Shown here piece after piece: positions 37,075 through 47,178 of a DNA stretch of 64,000 nt. The stretch is from Euglena gracilis (lineage: Eukaryota): assembly GCA_039621445.1 (NCBI GenBank), contig CP154954.1, positions 24,936,954 to 25,000,953 on the forward strand. The letters are read 5' to 3'. The notes below the pieces were generated by a model. The model had not been told where the DNA came from, searched no databases, and saw only the letters and a program-made list of their open reading frames with translations. Position 1 is the first letter of the stretch. Each line of letters opens with the position of its first letter. The translations under genes and the position numbers were made by a program.

Positions 37075-37178
37075 AAAAACCGACCGACACAAACAGATTC
37101 AGCAGGGACACTGGGCGCGAGCGAGCGAAGCGAGCCGCCCAGCGCCCCTGCTGAATCTGTTAGTGTCGGTCGATTTTT
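37075..37178. repeat. ~100-nt hairpin with GCGAGCGAGCGAAGCGAGC apex
   Basis: aaaaaccgaccgacacaaacagattcagcagggacactgggcg / cgcccagcgcccctgctgaatctgttagtgtcggtcgattttt. Confidence 0.8.
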
Positions 37179-37180
37179 CT

Positions 37181-38014
37181 AAAACCTATTTTGTCTGGGC
37201 CCGACGCCTGTCTTGAAATTCATTCAACCGAACCGCCTGGACGGAAATATGGCCAAAAAAGTGGTTTTTGGCCCATTGACGGGCGCCTGAATGGAAACCG
37301 TTAGACATAAACGGGCGCCTGAATGGAAATCGACCGACATGAACAGGCGCCTGATTGGAAATCGACTGACATAAACGGATTCCGATGTCATGGAAATCGA
37401 CCAACCTTTTGTGTCCTTTTTCTGAATGCTTTTTTGTTCCATTTTGGGACATTGTCAATTTCAGCCTGAAGTCCGTTAATCGACCTTTTTTCTCATTTTT
37501 CTGAATACTTTTTTCTTCCATTTTGACAGAATAGAATAATAACAATAGAAATTCCAACACAGGCGTGGAGCCCAGAAAACAGCCCTATTTTTTCGACATT
37601 TTTGGTCCTGTGGGGTTCTGGAGGCGTTATGAACCATACAAAAAAACAAATTTTGCGACTGATTGCCGGAAATTGGTGATATATTTTTTGGTGGTCGCTA
37701 GCGACTGGTCCCTAACGACCATTAGGGACCATGGTCGCTAGCGACTAGTCGCTGGCGACCATGGCTACTGAAATCCAAAATGTCCAAAAGTCACTAAAAA
37801 TTCCCAATCAGCAACAGATTTCAATGGAATGGAAATCGACCGACATAAACTGGCGCCTGAATGGAAATCGACCGACATAAACGGGCGCCTGAATGGAAAT
37901 TGACCGACATGAACAGGCGCCTGAATGGAAATCGTCTGACATAAACAATTTCAGGCTGAACCGTTAATGTCAGCAGAATTTCAAGACAGGCGTCGGGCCC
38001 AGAAAATAGGTTTT
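37181..38014. mobile_element. TIR element (~38-bp TIR) with 36-bp subterminal repeats
   Basis: aaaacctattttgtctgggcccgacgcctgtcttgaaattc / gaatttcaagacaggcgtcgggcccagaaaataggtttt; ggcgcctgaatggaaatcgaccgacataaac units. Confidence 0.75.
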
Positions 38015-38143
38015 AACTGGTTTTCGCTTTTGGGTGGGAAAAAAACCGAGATGCTTGCAGTGCTGTGAAAACTTCTCATTGCACTCCTGTGGCCTTATTT
38101 TGTTTCAGATTTCCAGATCAGATTTCATTACATTTGTTTCAAC

Positions 38144-38705
38144 GGCTCATTGCGGGAAATTGGCCGTGGAACTTTTGGTGGTCGCTAGCGACCGGTCACT
38201 AGCCATGGTCGCTAGCGACCGTTGGTCACGGTCAACCTCCCATTGGTGGTCGGAGCGACCGGTCGCTAGCGACCACCAAAATTTCGACCCCCCCCTCCTC
38301 CAGAAAATTCGGGCCAGGAGGGGGGTGGGACCCCCCCCCACCTAAACAGTGGCGCGGTCTGGGTGACTGGGCCGGGCCGAAAATTTTTGACCCCCAAAAC
38401 GACCAAAAGTGCCTTTTTGGGCACTTTTTGGGGAAAAAGGTGCCAAAAATGCAAAAATTTTCGGCGCGAAGCACAAAGGAAAAAATTGACCCTTTCAGGG
38501 GGGGGGGGTCCGGACCACCCCCCCACCTGTCCTTATATCGAACCCTGGCCCCCCCCATTGGGATGTAATACAAAACCCCCCCTGTTGTACTGCAAAACGA
38601 TGCTACCAGGGCCAAGCGCGCATGTGATGCCACGCGCACCATAAACAAAACCGTCCCAAGGCGTCTTCGGCGCCCTTGGTCGTCTAGCGGGGGGGGGGGG
38701 GGGGG

Positions 38706-38740
<35 letters not shown>

Positions 38741-39270
38741 CCTCCAATAACAAAATCCCCTCTGGGGGGGGTAACCGACCCAGGGCAGGTGCGCATGTAC
38801 CCTCACCCCCCCCTCCGGGGGGCAAATTTTTGGGCTTTGGCGCCAAACGAAAGGGGCCACTTTGAGGGGGGGTAAAGCAAATTTGACAAAAAAATTTGGC
38901 CACTCTGAGGGGGCGGGGGTGAGGGTAATGCCACCCCCCCCCCCTGCTGCCGCCCCCCCGTACCCCCCCCGCCTTCCAATGACAAAGTAATGTAAGCATT
39001 GTGTGACATCATGCAAGATCCTAAAAGCAGAAAAAAGGAACTTTTCATATAAAATTTCATGGCTTTCTCTGGGGGAAATTTTTCCTTCACGGGGGGGGGG
39101 GGGCTTAAAAATCTTCTGAGAGGGGGGGGGTCGAATTTTTGGTGGTCGCCAGCGACCGGTCGCTCCGACCACCAACGGTCGCTAGTGACCAGTCGCCAGA
39201 ATTCGGTCGCTAGCGACCATGGTCGCTAGCGACCACCAAAAGTTCCATGGCCAATTTCCCGCTCGGAGCC
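38144..39270. mobile_element. GGCTC...GAGCC element, 9-bp TSD (Mutator-like)
   Basis: TSD tgtttcaac (38135-38143 / 39271-39279); long TIRs containing GGTCGCTAGCGACC palindromes. Confidence 0.8.
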
Positions 39271-40187
39271 TGTTTCAACAACCCCACCTTTTATTGAAGC
39301 GGAAATGCCATTACTACAAAAGCCGATGGACCTTAAAATTTGTCCCATTCCAACCTTTCCCAAATGAGTTGCATTCAAGCCCTTTTGGGCTGTTTTCTCA
39401 AATGCACTTGGCGGTCAATGGACAATAAAACTGCACAACCAACATGTGGTGTTGGGAAAAGTCAAAGGAGTTCTTGGACTTTTCCAAATGCCAAATTCTG
39501 GTTGTGGATGATTTTGAGTTCCTCTCTGTCTGAGGAGAGAGTTCTCATGGGTGATTCCGACTTCTTTTGAAGTCATTGGTTTTGAGGCAGTGGGAAAGGG
39601 GGGGCTTCCCCTTCTTATGAATCCGCTTATGACTTAGTTCACATATTTGTGCATTTTTTGTGCGAATAAGTAGTTTGTGTGCTTTACAGAGTGCATGTGT
39701 CTGTATTATTGTTCCTGCACGTGCTGACAATTCGAAACTTGCTGCAGAGAAATTCTTACAAAATTGAAATTTATAATTGCCAAAGGGCCCAAATATTTTG
39801 GGTTCTAGTGGTGCGTTGGTGCATGTGTTGTACATTTAAGGTTCCACATCCTTTCCCATGCACGTTAGATGCCTTTGCAGCACCAGTGCCTAAAACGTGG
39901 ACACATTTCCAAGTGCCAAGGGTCCTGGGAGTCCCGGGAGTTGTAATTGCCAGATGTGACGAAAAAAAAAACGAGGATTAGGGGCAAAGTTAACCAGGTC
40001 AAGGTACGAAAATTTGTAGCAGGGCCGGGGGGGTGAAAGGTTCCTGGCCTGGGGGCAGAAATTAGTAAGGTTAGCCATAAATGAGGAGGGGGGCTGGTCC
40101 CGGACCCCCTCTCTTGGAAAAAACCTGACGCCAGAATTTTTTTTTGCTGGGGTCGGTGAGGAATTGTGTGGTCCAGAGTCTGTTGCC

Positions 40188-40352
40188 AAGCTGAAGAATT
40201 ATCAGCTGCTCTCCCTGGATGAACAAGAGAAGGATATTGATATGGACGTCCAGGCACCCCAAATGGACATTGTTTACCCAGAGTATTCTCCTCAGGGCGC
40301 TGTTCCAACACCTGTTGTCCAGTACCCCACCTACACCCCTGTTATTGACTAG
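40188..40352 (+). CDS. Amastin/claudin-like protein, exon 3 (acidic, Pro/Tyr-rich tail)
   Basis: KLKNYQLLSLDEQEKDIDMDVQAPQMDIVYPEYSPQGAVPTPVVQYPTYTPVID*; total CDS 756 nt. Confidence 0.72.
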   Translation, partial: KLKNYQLLSLDEQEKDIDMDVQAPQMDIVYPEYSPQGAVPTPVVQYPTYTPVID

Positions 40353-41025
40353 TATGTGTGCTTTTTCATTGTGTTGAAGCGGGTGTTTCTCTGGGGTGGC
40401 TGAAAGATCAGAAGGCAAATTCCTGGGTCCCCTCAAAAATAACCCTGGGGGGGGGGTCCCGGGCCAGTGTGGGTTTTGGCGCGAAGCGCTGAAAAATCTT
40501 TGGGAAATGGCCTCAGACGGCTGATTTGGGGGGGACCCCGGGGGGGGGGGGGTCCCACGCCGGGCTGGGGTGGGTTTGACCCTCCCCCGGTTCTTAAAGC
40601 CCGGGTCTTGAAGCCTGCAGGGGGGGGGGACTGCAGGTCCCCCCGCCCCCTCCCCATTTCTCTTTCGCCATTCCTGTGTGTCAATATCTCAACGCGATGA
40701 AGTCCTGATTTTTTGGCAGACTATTTTTCAATATTCAATGCAACAGTCAATTTTACACAACGGTTTACAATACGAATGAATCCAATCCTACTGCAGCTCA
40801 ATTGGCAAGGCGTCCGTTTTCTGAAACAAATGTTTTGGAACTGTTTGTTTTCATTGGTCTGATTTTTTTTGGCAGTTGTGTTCAACTGTTCAATCAGAAA
40901 ATGTTTCACCTTAATTTGCAACCCATTTGTAATGTGCTTGATGATTCTTCCTAATTGTTTTCAATGGTGCGTTGTGTTTTGGGGAGGGGACAAAATTTGG
41001 TCAAATAAGTGGGCCCAGCAAATGT

Positions 41026-41190
41026 GGAATCCTAAGTTTTGGTTACCTTAGCCTCCGGGGAGCCTCCGCGGAAGCCTCTGTGGAGGCTGGTTACCTTGGA
41101 GCCTCCGCGGAGGCTGGTAACCTTGGAGCGTCCGCGGAGGCTCCTCGGAGGTAACCACTGTTGTACAACCACTGTTGTACACAGGCCATG
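41026..41190. repeat. GGTTACC / AGCCTCCGCGGAGGCT minisatellite element
   Basis: Palindromic ~27-bp units; relatives at 42587-42843 and split around the DIRS element. Confidence 0.75.
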
Positions 41191-41499
41191 TCTGAAAATA
41201 GGAAAAATATTTTTACAGGTTGACGCCAATCTCCCTCCACACCCCTTCCTCCTGTTCCCCACACTACTGCCCAGAGGAAGAGGAATTTTATTTTAATTTT
41301 TTCTCCCCCATCTCCACAAAAAAAACATTTTCCCCCATTTTTGCTGTGAATCCCCCAAAAATTTAAATTTTTTTACACTCCAACACTGCCCACATCGCCA
41401 CAAAGAACGAAGCTTTTCGCCCTCTCACACGCACCCATCCCCTCCATTTTCCACAAAAAGCGATTTCCATTGATGTGGTACAGACCGTTCACCCATTTT

Positions 41500-41725
41500 G
41501 CCGTTTACGCCATGTCCGCCAAACTTGTTGAAAACCATTCATCCATTTGATACAAAAACACCATGTCCGCCTGATTTTGCTTTTACCGTTTACCGATTTG
41601 CTATTGACGCCATGTCCGCCAAACTTGTTGAAAACCATTATCCATTTGCTACAAAAACGCCATGTCCGCCTGATTTTGCTTTTACTGTTTACCCGTTTGC
41701 TATTGACGTCATGTCCGCCAAACTT
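41500..41725. repeat. ~120-bp tandem duplication built from cgccatgtccgcc subunits
   Basis: Seen directly. Confidence 0.75.
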
Positions 41726-42211
41726 TGTCCACACAAAAGGATGTTGTCATTGGGGAGCGGGGGAGGGGGGGAGAGGGGAAGGGGGTGGGGGAGGGGGGCG
41801 GGGGGGGGTGGGGGCGGCGGCCCCCTCCCCCCTGGGCACAGCCAAATGGACACCACTTTGGGTTTCACCTGACCTTTTTTGCAACATCACATCCATGCTG
41901 ACGTGCAGTTTGCTACCATCACCCTTTCCAAGTGACTGTTGGTTCACCTGGTTGAAAACATTTCAGTGCAATCCAGGATTAAAAGTTGTGGCAAATCCCA
42001 GTGGGATCACAATCTCAGGTACAATTTTGGCCTCTGGATAATTTAGGTATTATTCTGGCTGAATAAATTCATTTTCGGTTTTGTTTAAGCTCAATGTTGC
42101 CTCCCAAAGTCCGTGAATTTCTTTAGTCTGGGAATTAGTCCGTGAAGTAGTCCGTGAATGATTTTCCCCTCTGTGCAAATGGGCAGCAGATGATCTGCCA
42201 CTGAGTGCCGT

Positions 42212-42487
42212 CAGGGATTTTTTTAAGTTTGGACCCCCGGGGGGGGGAGGGGGGGTAGGGTGGGTGGGTCCGCCGGACCCCCGCCCCCCCCCCCGGGGGG
42301 GGGGGTCCCCCCGGAGGGGGGTGGGATATACTTTTCGGCGCCGCAGGCGCCGAAAAAATTCTATTTTTAGCACTTTTCGCGATTTTTTGGCCATTTTTTG
42401 TGGGTCCCCCGGGCCCCCCTCCCCCCCCAGGGGGGGGGGTGGGTGGGGGGGGACCCCCCCTCCCCCCCGGTCTTAAAAAAACCCCTG
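42212..42487. mobile_element. CAGGG...CCCTG MITE
   Basis: TSD agtgccgt / agtgcagt (7/8). Confidence 0.8.
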
Positions 42488-42586
42488 AGTGCAGTCACCG
42501 TGTTTGACATTGAAGAATGTTTCTCTTTATAATACAAAAAAACAAACAAACAAACAAAAAAATTCCTGTTCAGTTGTATGTTCCCA

Positions 42587-42843
42587 ACATGCTCCTGCAA
42601 AATTGGTTACCTTGGCCTCCGAGGAGCCTCCTCGGAGCCTCTGCGGAGGCTGGTTACCTTGGAGCCTCCGCGGAGGCTGGTTACCTTGGAGCCTCCGCGG
42701 AGGCTGGTCACCTTAGCCTCCGCAGAGGCTGGTTACCTTAGCCTCCGAGGAGCCTCCACAGAGGCTGGTTACCTTGAGCCTCCGCGGAGGCTCCGCGGTG
42801 CCTCCCCGGAGCCTCTCGGAGGCAACCAAAAAGTTAGGATTCC
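42587..42843. repeat. GGTTACC / AGCCTCCGCGGAGGCT minisatellite element, second copy
   Basis: Same units; terminal motifs appear swapped relative to 41026-41190. Confidence 0.75.
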
Positions 42844-42855
42844 ACTTTTGCGGCA

Positions 42856-42918
42856 GACCGTTCAAACCCAGGTTTTCCGCGTGACGGACAGAAGCTCTAT
42901 CCACTGAGCCACGGTCAC
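42856..42918 (-). pseudogene. tRNA-Asp(GTC)-like pseudogene
   Basis: GTGACCG TG GCTC AGTGGATA GAGC T TCTGT CC-GTC-AC GCGGA ... CTGGGTTTGAA; 3' side of T-stem missing. Confidence 0.6.
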
Positions 42919-43321
42919 CTGCTTCTTCCACGTTTCTACTGAAATTTCTCTAACATAATTCTAAACGCCGTGACAAATTGGTCACCTGAGGCTCCGGGAA
43001 TTTCCCCAGAGGCTGGTGACCCTTCCTGGAGCATCCCGGAGCCTCTATCCAGGTAACCTCCTTCGGCAGGATTCCATTTTTGCGGCAGGCCCGGGTTATC
43101 CAGCCATTCCTCTCATTGTGATTAAACCCCCCAAATAACACCCCCCCCCCGGTGTGTTATTTGGGCACCCGAACTGGGGGTCCAAGGAGGGGTGTGTTAT
43201 TTGGGGGGGGTATTTTTACAGGGAAACCCAAAGGAAAACAGGGGGGGGGGTGTTATTTGTGCGCTCGAAATCGGCCCTCGAGGGGGGGGGTGTTATTTGG
43301 GGGGGTTTAGTCCCCCCAAGG

Positions 43322-43774
43322 CAGGGGGGGGGAAATGCGTTTCGCATTTTTTCGCATTTTTGCGCATTTTTTGTGCATTTTTTCAAATTTTCCAAAAATG
43401 CGCATTTTTGCGCATTTTTTCGCATTTTTTGCGCATTTTTTCGTTTTTTTCAGCGCATTTTTTTGCTTTTTGGCACATTTTTTTGTGATTTTCCAAAATT
43501 TTCGCATTTTTTGGCCATTTTTGCAATTTTTTTGCAAAAATTTGAAATTTTCGACTTTTTTTGAAATTTACATTTTCCTCATTATTCTACATAATTTCTT
43601 CAAATTTGGTGCCATTTTTGCATGTTTTTGGGTAATTTTTGCATTTTCGTGATTTTTGCGCATTTTTTCTCGGATTTTGCACATTTTTGCGCATTTTTTC
43701 CAAAAATGCGCATTTTTTGCGCATTTTTGCGCATTTTTTCCGAGGCCGGGCGAGCGCATTTCCCCCCCCCCCTG
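43322..43774. mobile_element. CAG(G)n MITE, reverse copy of 22724-23194
   Basis: Flanks share ccaagg. Confidence 0.8.
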
Positions 43775-44625
43775 CCAAGGGAAATTATCGCCATTGAACG
43801 AACTCAGCATTGATCAAAGCCTGGAAACTACATTTAAATATCAAACCTGTCATTCAATGGCTTCATTTTATTCTCAGATGGAGAAGATGGGAGCATTCAC
43901 TGGTTGTTTTATGGGCAACAGCGACGATTCGAACCGGATGCTTCTGCGAAATTCACGTTGCATTGGACAGGCATTATGCCATTCTTTTTGCGAAGTGAGT
44001 TCCTGCTGTCCAAATCTGCAATGACGTGTCTCTCACAGACAACAAACAAACAAACACAACCAGCCACAAGAGATTTCTGTTTCATTTCTTTCTTCTGCTT
44101 CTTTTTTAAAAGTGGAATGTGCCACCCGACTTTCCCAGGTTTTGAGAAAAGGAGGGAGTCACGGCTTTGGATGAGGGGTTCGGACGATACCAGTGCGTCC
44201 GACCCTGGGTGATTGACTGGTGTTTTTTGTGGTCACTCTGCTGGTAGGTGGGGGTTGACCCCCACCTGGGTGATGGGTCAACCTCCTCCCCCACACAGCT
44301 TTCCCAACAGCCCTGTCCTGGGGGAAGGACAGAAAGGAAGGGGCGAAAGTGGTGAACCGGTGCCAAAGGCGCTGGGATTTTCTTTGGGACAGATTCATCT
44401 AACACCCATGACCCCCCCCACCGGGGGTGGGTGGGCTTTTGAGAGTGGGGGGGTTTCGGGTTTCTTTTTAGGTCAGAAGACCCGGGGGGGGGGGAGGGGT
44501 CCCTGGCCACTCACCACGCAGCAAACTGGGCCAGAAGCGAAGTTAGCGCCGGCCATAAACAGACAAGAAGCCTTAGTGCAACTAAGGGGGGGGGAGGGGT
44601 CCGGGTCCGGGCCAGAGGTCCAAGT

Positions 44626-45106
44626 CAGGGAATTTCTTAAGCCGGAGGGTACCCTACCCCCGGGGGGGGGGGTCCAGCCAGCCAGCAGCTCAAATCCAGC
44701 CAGCAGCCCAAATTCGGGCTGGGAGCCCCCCCCCCCGGGGTCGAGTGAAATAAAGTCGGGTCCAGCCCGGCCGGAGGCCGGGCCAGCCGGCCGCAGGCCG
44801 GCCAGCCAACTGGGCTGTCCAGCTCACTTATCCCTGCATTTTTCCCCCTCATCACAGCCCCTCCATCACAGCCCCCCAGCCTTGATCTATCTCCACCCAT
44901 CAAAATGTCGAAAATGGCCAAAATGTGTTAGAAAATTTTGTTTTTCGTCGACCCAGCCCAGCCCAGCCCGCTCCAGCCCGGGACCCCCCCCTCCCCCCCC
45001 CACCCCCCCGGGGGGGGGGCCAGCCAGCAGCTCAAATCCAGCCAGCAGCCTTTTTGCCAGCCGGAGGCTGGACCCCCCCCCCGGGGGGTCCTTAAGAAAT
45101 TCCCTG
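44626..45106. mobile_element. CAGGGAATTTCTTAAG MITE
   Basis: 16-bp perfect TIR; exact TSD gtccaagt. Confidence 0.9.
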
Positions 45107-45260
45107 GTCCAAGTATGGTTTTTGGCGCAAAGCGCCGAAAATTTTCTGGGGAAGTGCCCAAATGGAGGGGGGTCCTCCATGAGAAACCTGGGACCAGGGT
45201 TCGATATATGGTTCCCCCCCCCCCCCCCCTCCTGGACTGGAATGGGGTTCCCCCCACCTG

Positions 45261-47178
45261 CAGGGAATTTCTTAAAGACCCCCCCGGGAGGGTCCAGCCT
45301 ATCCATCAAAATGTCGAGAAGGCAAAAATGGTTCAGAAAATTTTGGTTTTCATCGACCCAGCCCAGCCCCCCCCCCCCAGCCCCGGACCGCGTTTCCAGC
45401 CAGCAGCCTTTTTGCCAGCCGGTGGAGCTGGATCAAGGCTGGGGGGCTGTGATGGAGGAAGCTGTGATGAGGGGAAGAAATGCAGGGATAGGTGAGCTGG
45501 GCAGCCCAGTTGGCTCGCCAGCCTGCAGCCGGCTGGCCCGGCCTCCGAGTAAAATCAAGTTGGGTCCAGCCCGGCCTCCGGCTGGGCTGGACCAGGCATT
45601 ATTTTTTTTTAAGGCGAGATTTCTCAAAAAATTTTAAGGCGTTTTTTAAGGTTTTTTAAGGTTTTTTAAGGTTTTTTAAGGCATTTTTTTCCGTCACTTT
45701 CTGATGACAAAAAATTATTTTATAACTTTTTCCTCATAAAATGGCCATTAAACTCCCTCAAACCCCCATTTTTCACACCTTCTGAAAAATCAACATTTTC
45801 TCAAAGTTTTGAATTTGAGAGTTTTTGAAGCAAAAAAAATGCCATTGAAAATCCAACAAATTTGACAGAGGAAAAGTGTCAGTAAAATTTGATTGTGCCA
45901 AAATTTGGTCCACCTTTTTTGACCTTCGTTATTTTCCACCCCCCCCTCCAAATTTAACCCTGAAATCTTTGAGTTTTTTTGTCAAAATCAACATTTCTCA
46001 AAATTTTAATTTTGAGAGATTTTGGAAGCAAAAAAATGCCACTGAAAATCCAAAAAATTTCCAAGGGAAAAAATGTCAGTAAAATTTGACTGTTCCAAAA
46101 TTTGGTCCCATTTTTTTGACCTGCATTTTTTGACCCCCTCCTAAAAACCAACAATTTTCATCCCTAAATTTTTTGAGATTTTTTTTGGGAAAATGTGATT
46201 TTCCATCAAAAAACCAACCATGCATTTTGGGTTCATTTTTCAACGTAATTTTCAAAAAATTTTCCCCTGCCAAAATCCCTTTTTCCTTAATTTTTGGTTG
46301 AAGTGTTTGGGGACAGGATTTTTTTTTGCCTAAGGACCGCCCTGGCACGGGTTGCCGCATTGCAGGTCTGCAAATCCGCGATTGCGGTTCGGATATCCAC
46401 TGTGTCATTTTGCCACTGTTGTTGCAAATTCTCAATCCTACTTTGCGATATTCGAGATTTTGGGGTGAAAGCATGCAAATTCAGCAGGAATTTCTCCACA
46501 ATGGCAAGGTTTCTGATCCAAACGAGAAAGTCTTTCTTCCAACTGCTGCACATAAGTGCGGGGACCAAAACTTTCGCGCGCTTGGGCAAAAAAGTGGGAA
46601 AAATCCACTTTTGAGCAATTTGGGTTGACTCCTCTAAGAATGTCTCAAGTAATTCAAATCAAGAAAGATGTGGTTGCAAGTTTTGCTTATTCTGGCCGTG
46701 TGTCACAGCTTTTGGTGAACCGAGGCCAACCGAACTATGCCAGAAACCTTGGCAAACAATCCGGTTTTCATATTGTTTGTTCACAACCGCTTCTGCATTG
46801 ACAGGCTTTATGCGGGGTTTCAGACATGCCATTCTTTGTTTGGTACAAGAAAAAAATTCCCAGGAAAAAATTTTAAGGTTTTTTAAGGTCATCACGGGGA
46901 AGAAAAACTTCCCCGGGGTGATTTTTTTAAGGTTTTTTAAGGTTTTTTAAGGTTTTTTAAGGCATTTTGGCAAAAAAAAATTTAAGGTTTTTTAAGGTTT
47001 TTTAAGGCGCCTTAAAAATAATAATAATGCCTGGGCTGGACCCAATTTTATTTCACTCGACCCCCGGGGGGGCTCCCAGTCGGAGTTTGGGCTGCTGGCT
47101 GGATTTGAGCTGCTGGCTGGCTGGACCCCCCCCCCCCTCCGGGGGGATAGGGTACCCTCCGGCTTAAGAAATTCCCTG
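45261..47178. mobile_element. CAGGGAATTTCTTAA element (1.9 kb) with TTTTTTAAGG repeats
   Basis: 15-bp TIR; exact TSD cccacctg. Confidence 0.88.

Larger units (their letters stand above)
36285..40187 (+). other. Nonconventional intron 2 (3903 nt)
   Basis: g|gat-CAGGGGCTGGAGCAC ... GTGGTCCAGAGTCTG-ttgcc|a; 12 of 15 positions pair (including one G-U); phase 0. Confidence 0.72.

Noticed and set aside
38689-38739. Very long G and C homopolymers as a functional signal
   Set aside because: Such runs occur throughout the window and their lengths are error-prone in sequencing.
43878-43994. Possible AG/GT-bounded exon
   Set aside because: No partner exons or recognisable motif; reading frame cannot be chosen.
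44213-45637. 474-aa Pro/Gly-rich ORF
   Set aside because: Runs across several TSD-bounded MITEs; no domain motifs.
46330-46590. Protein-like minus-strand stretch (KDFLVWIRNLAIVEKFLL...)
   Set aside because: Short, inside a TIR element, and no diagnostic motif recognised.
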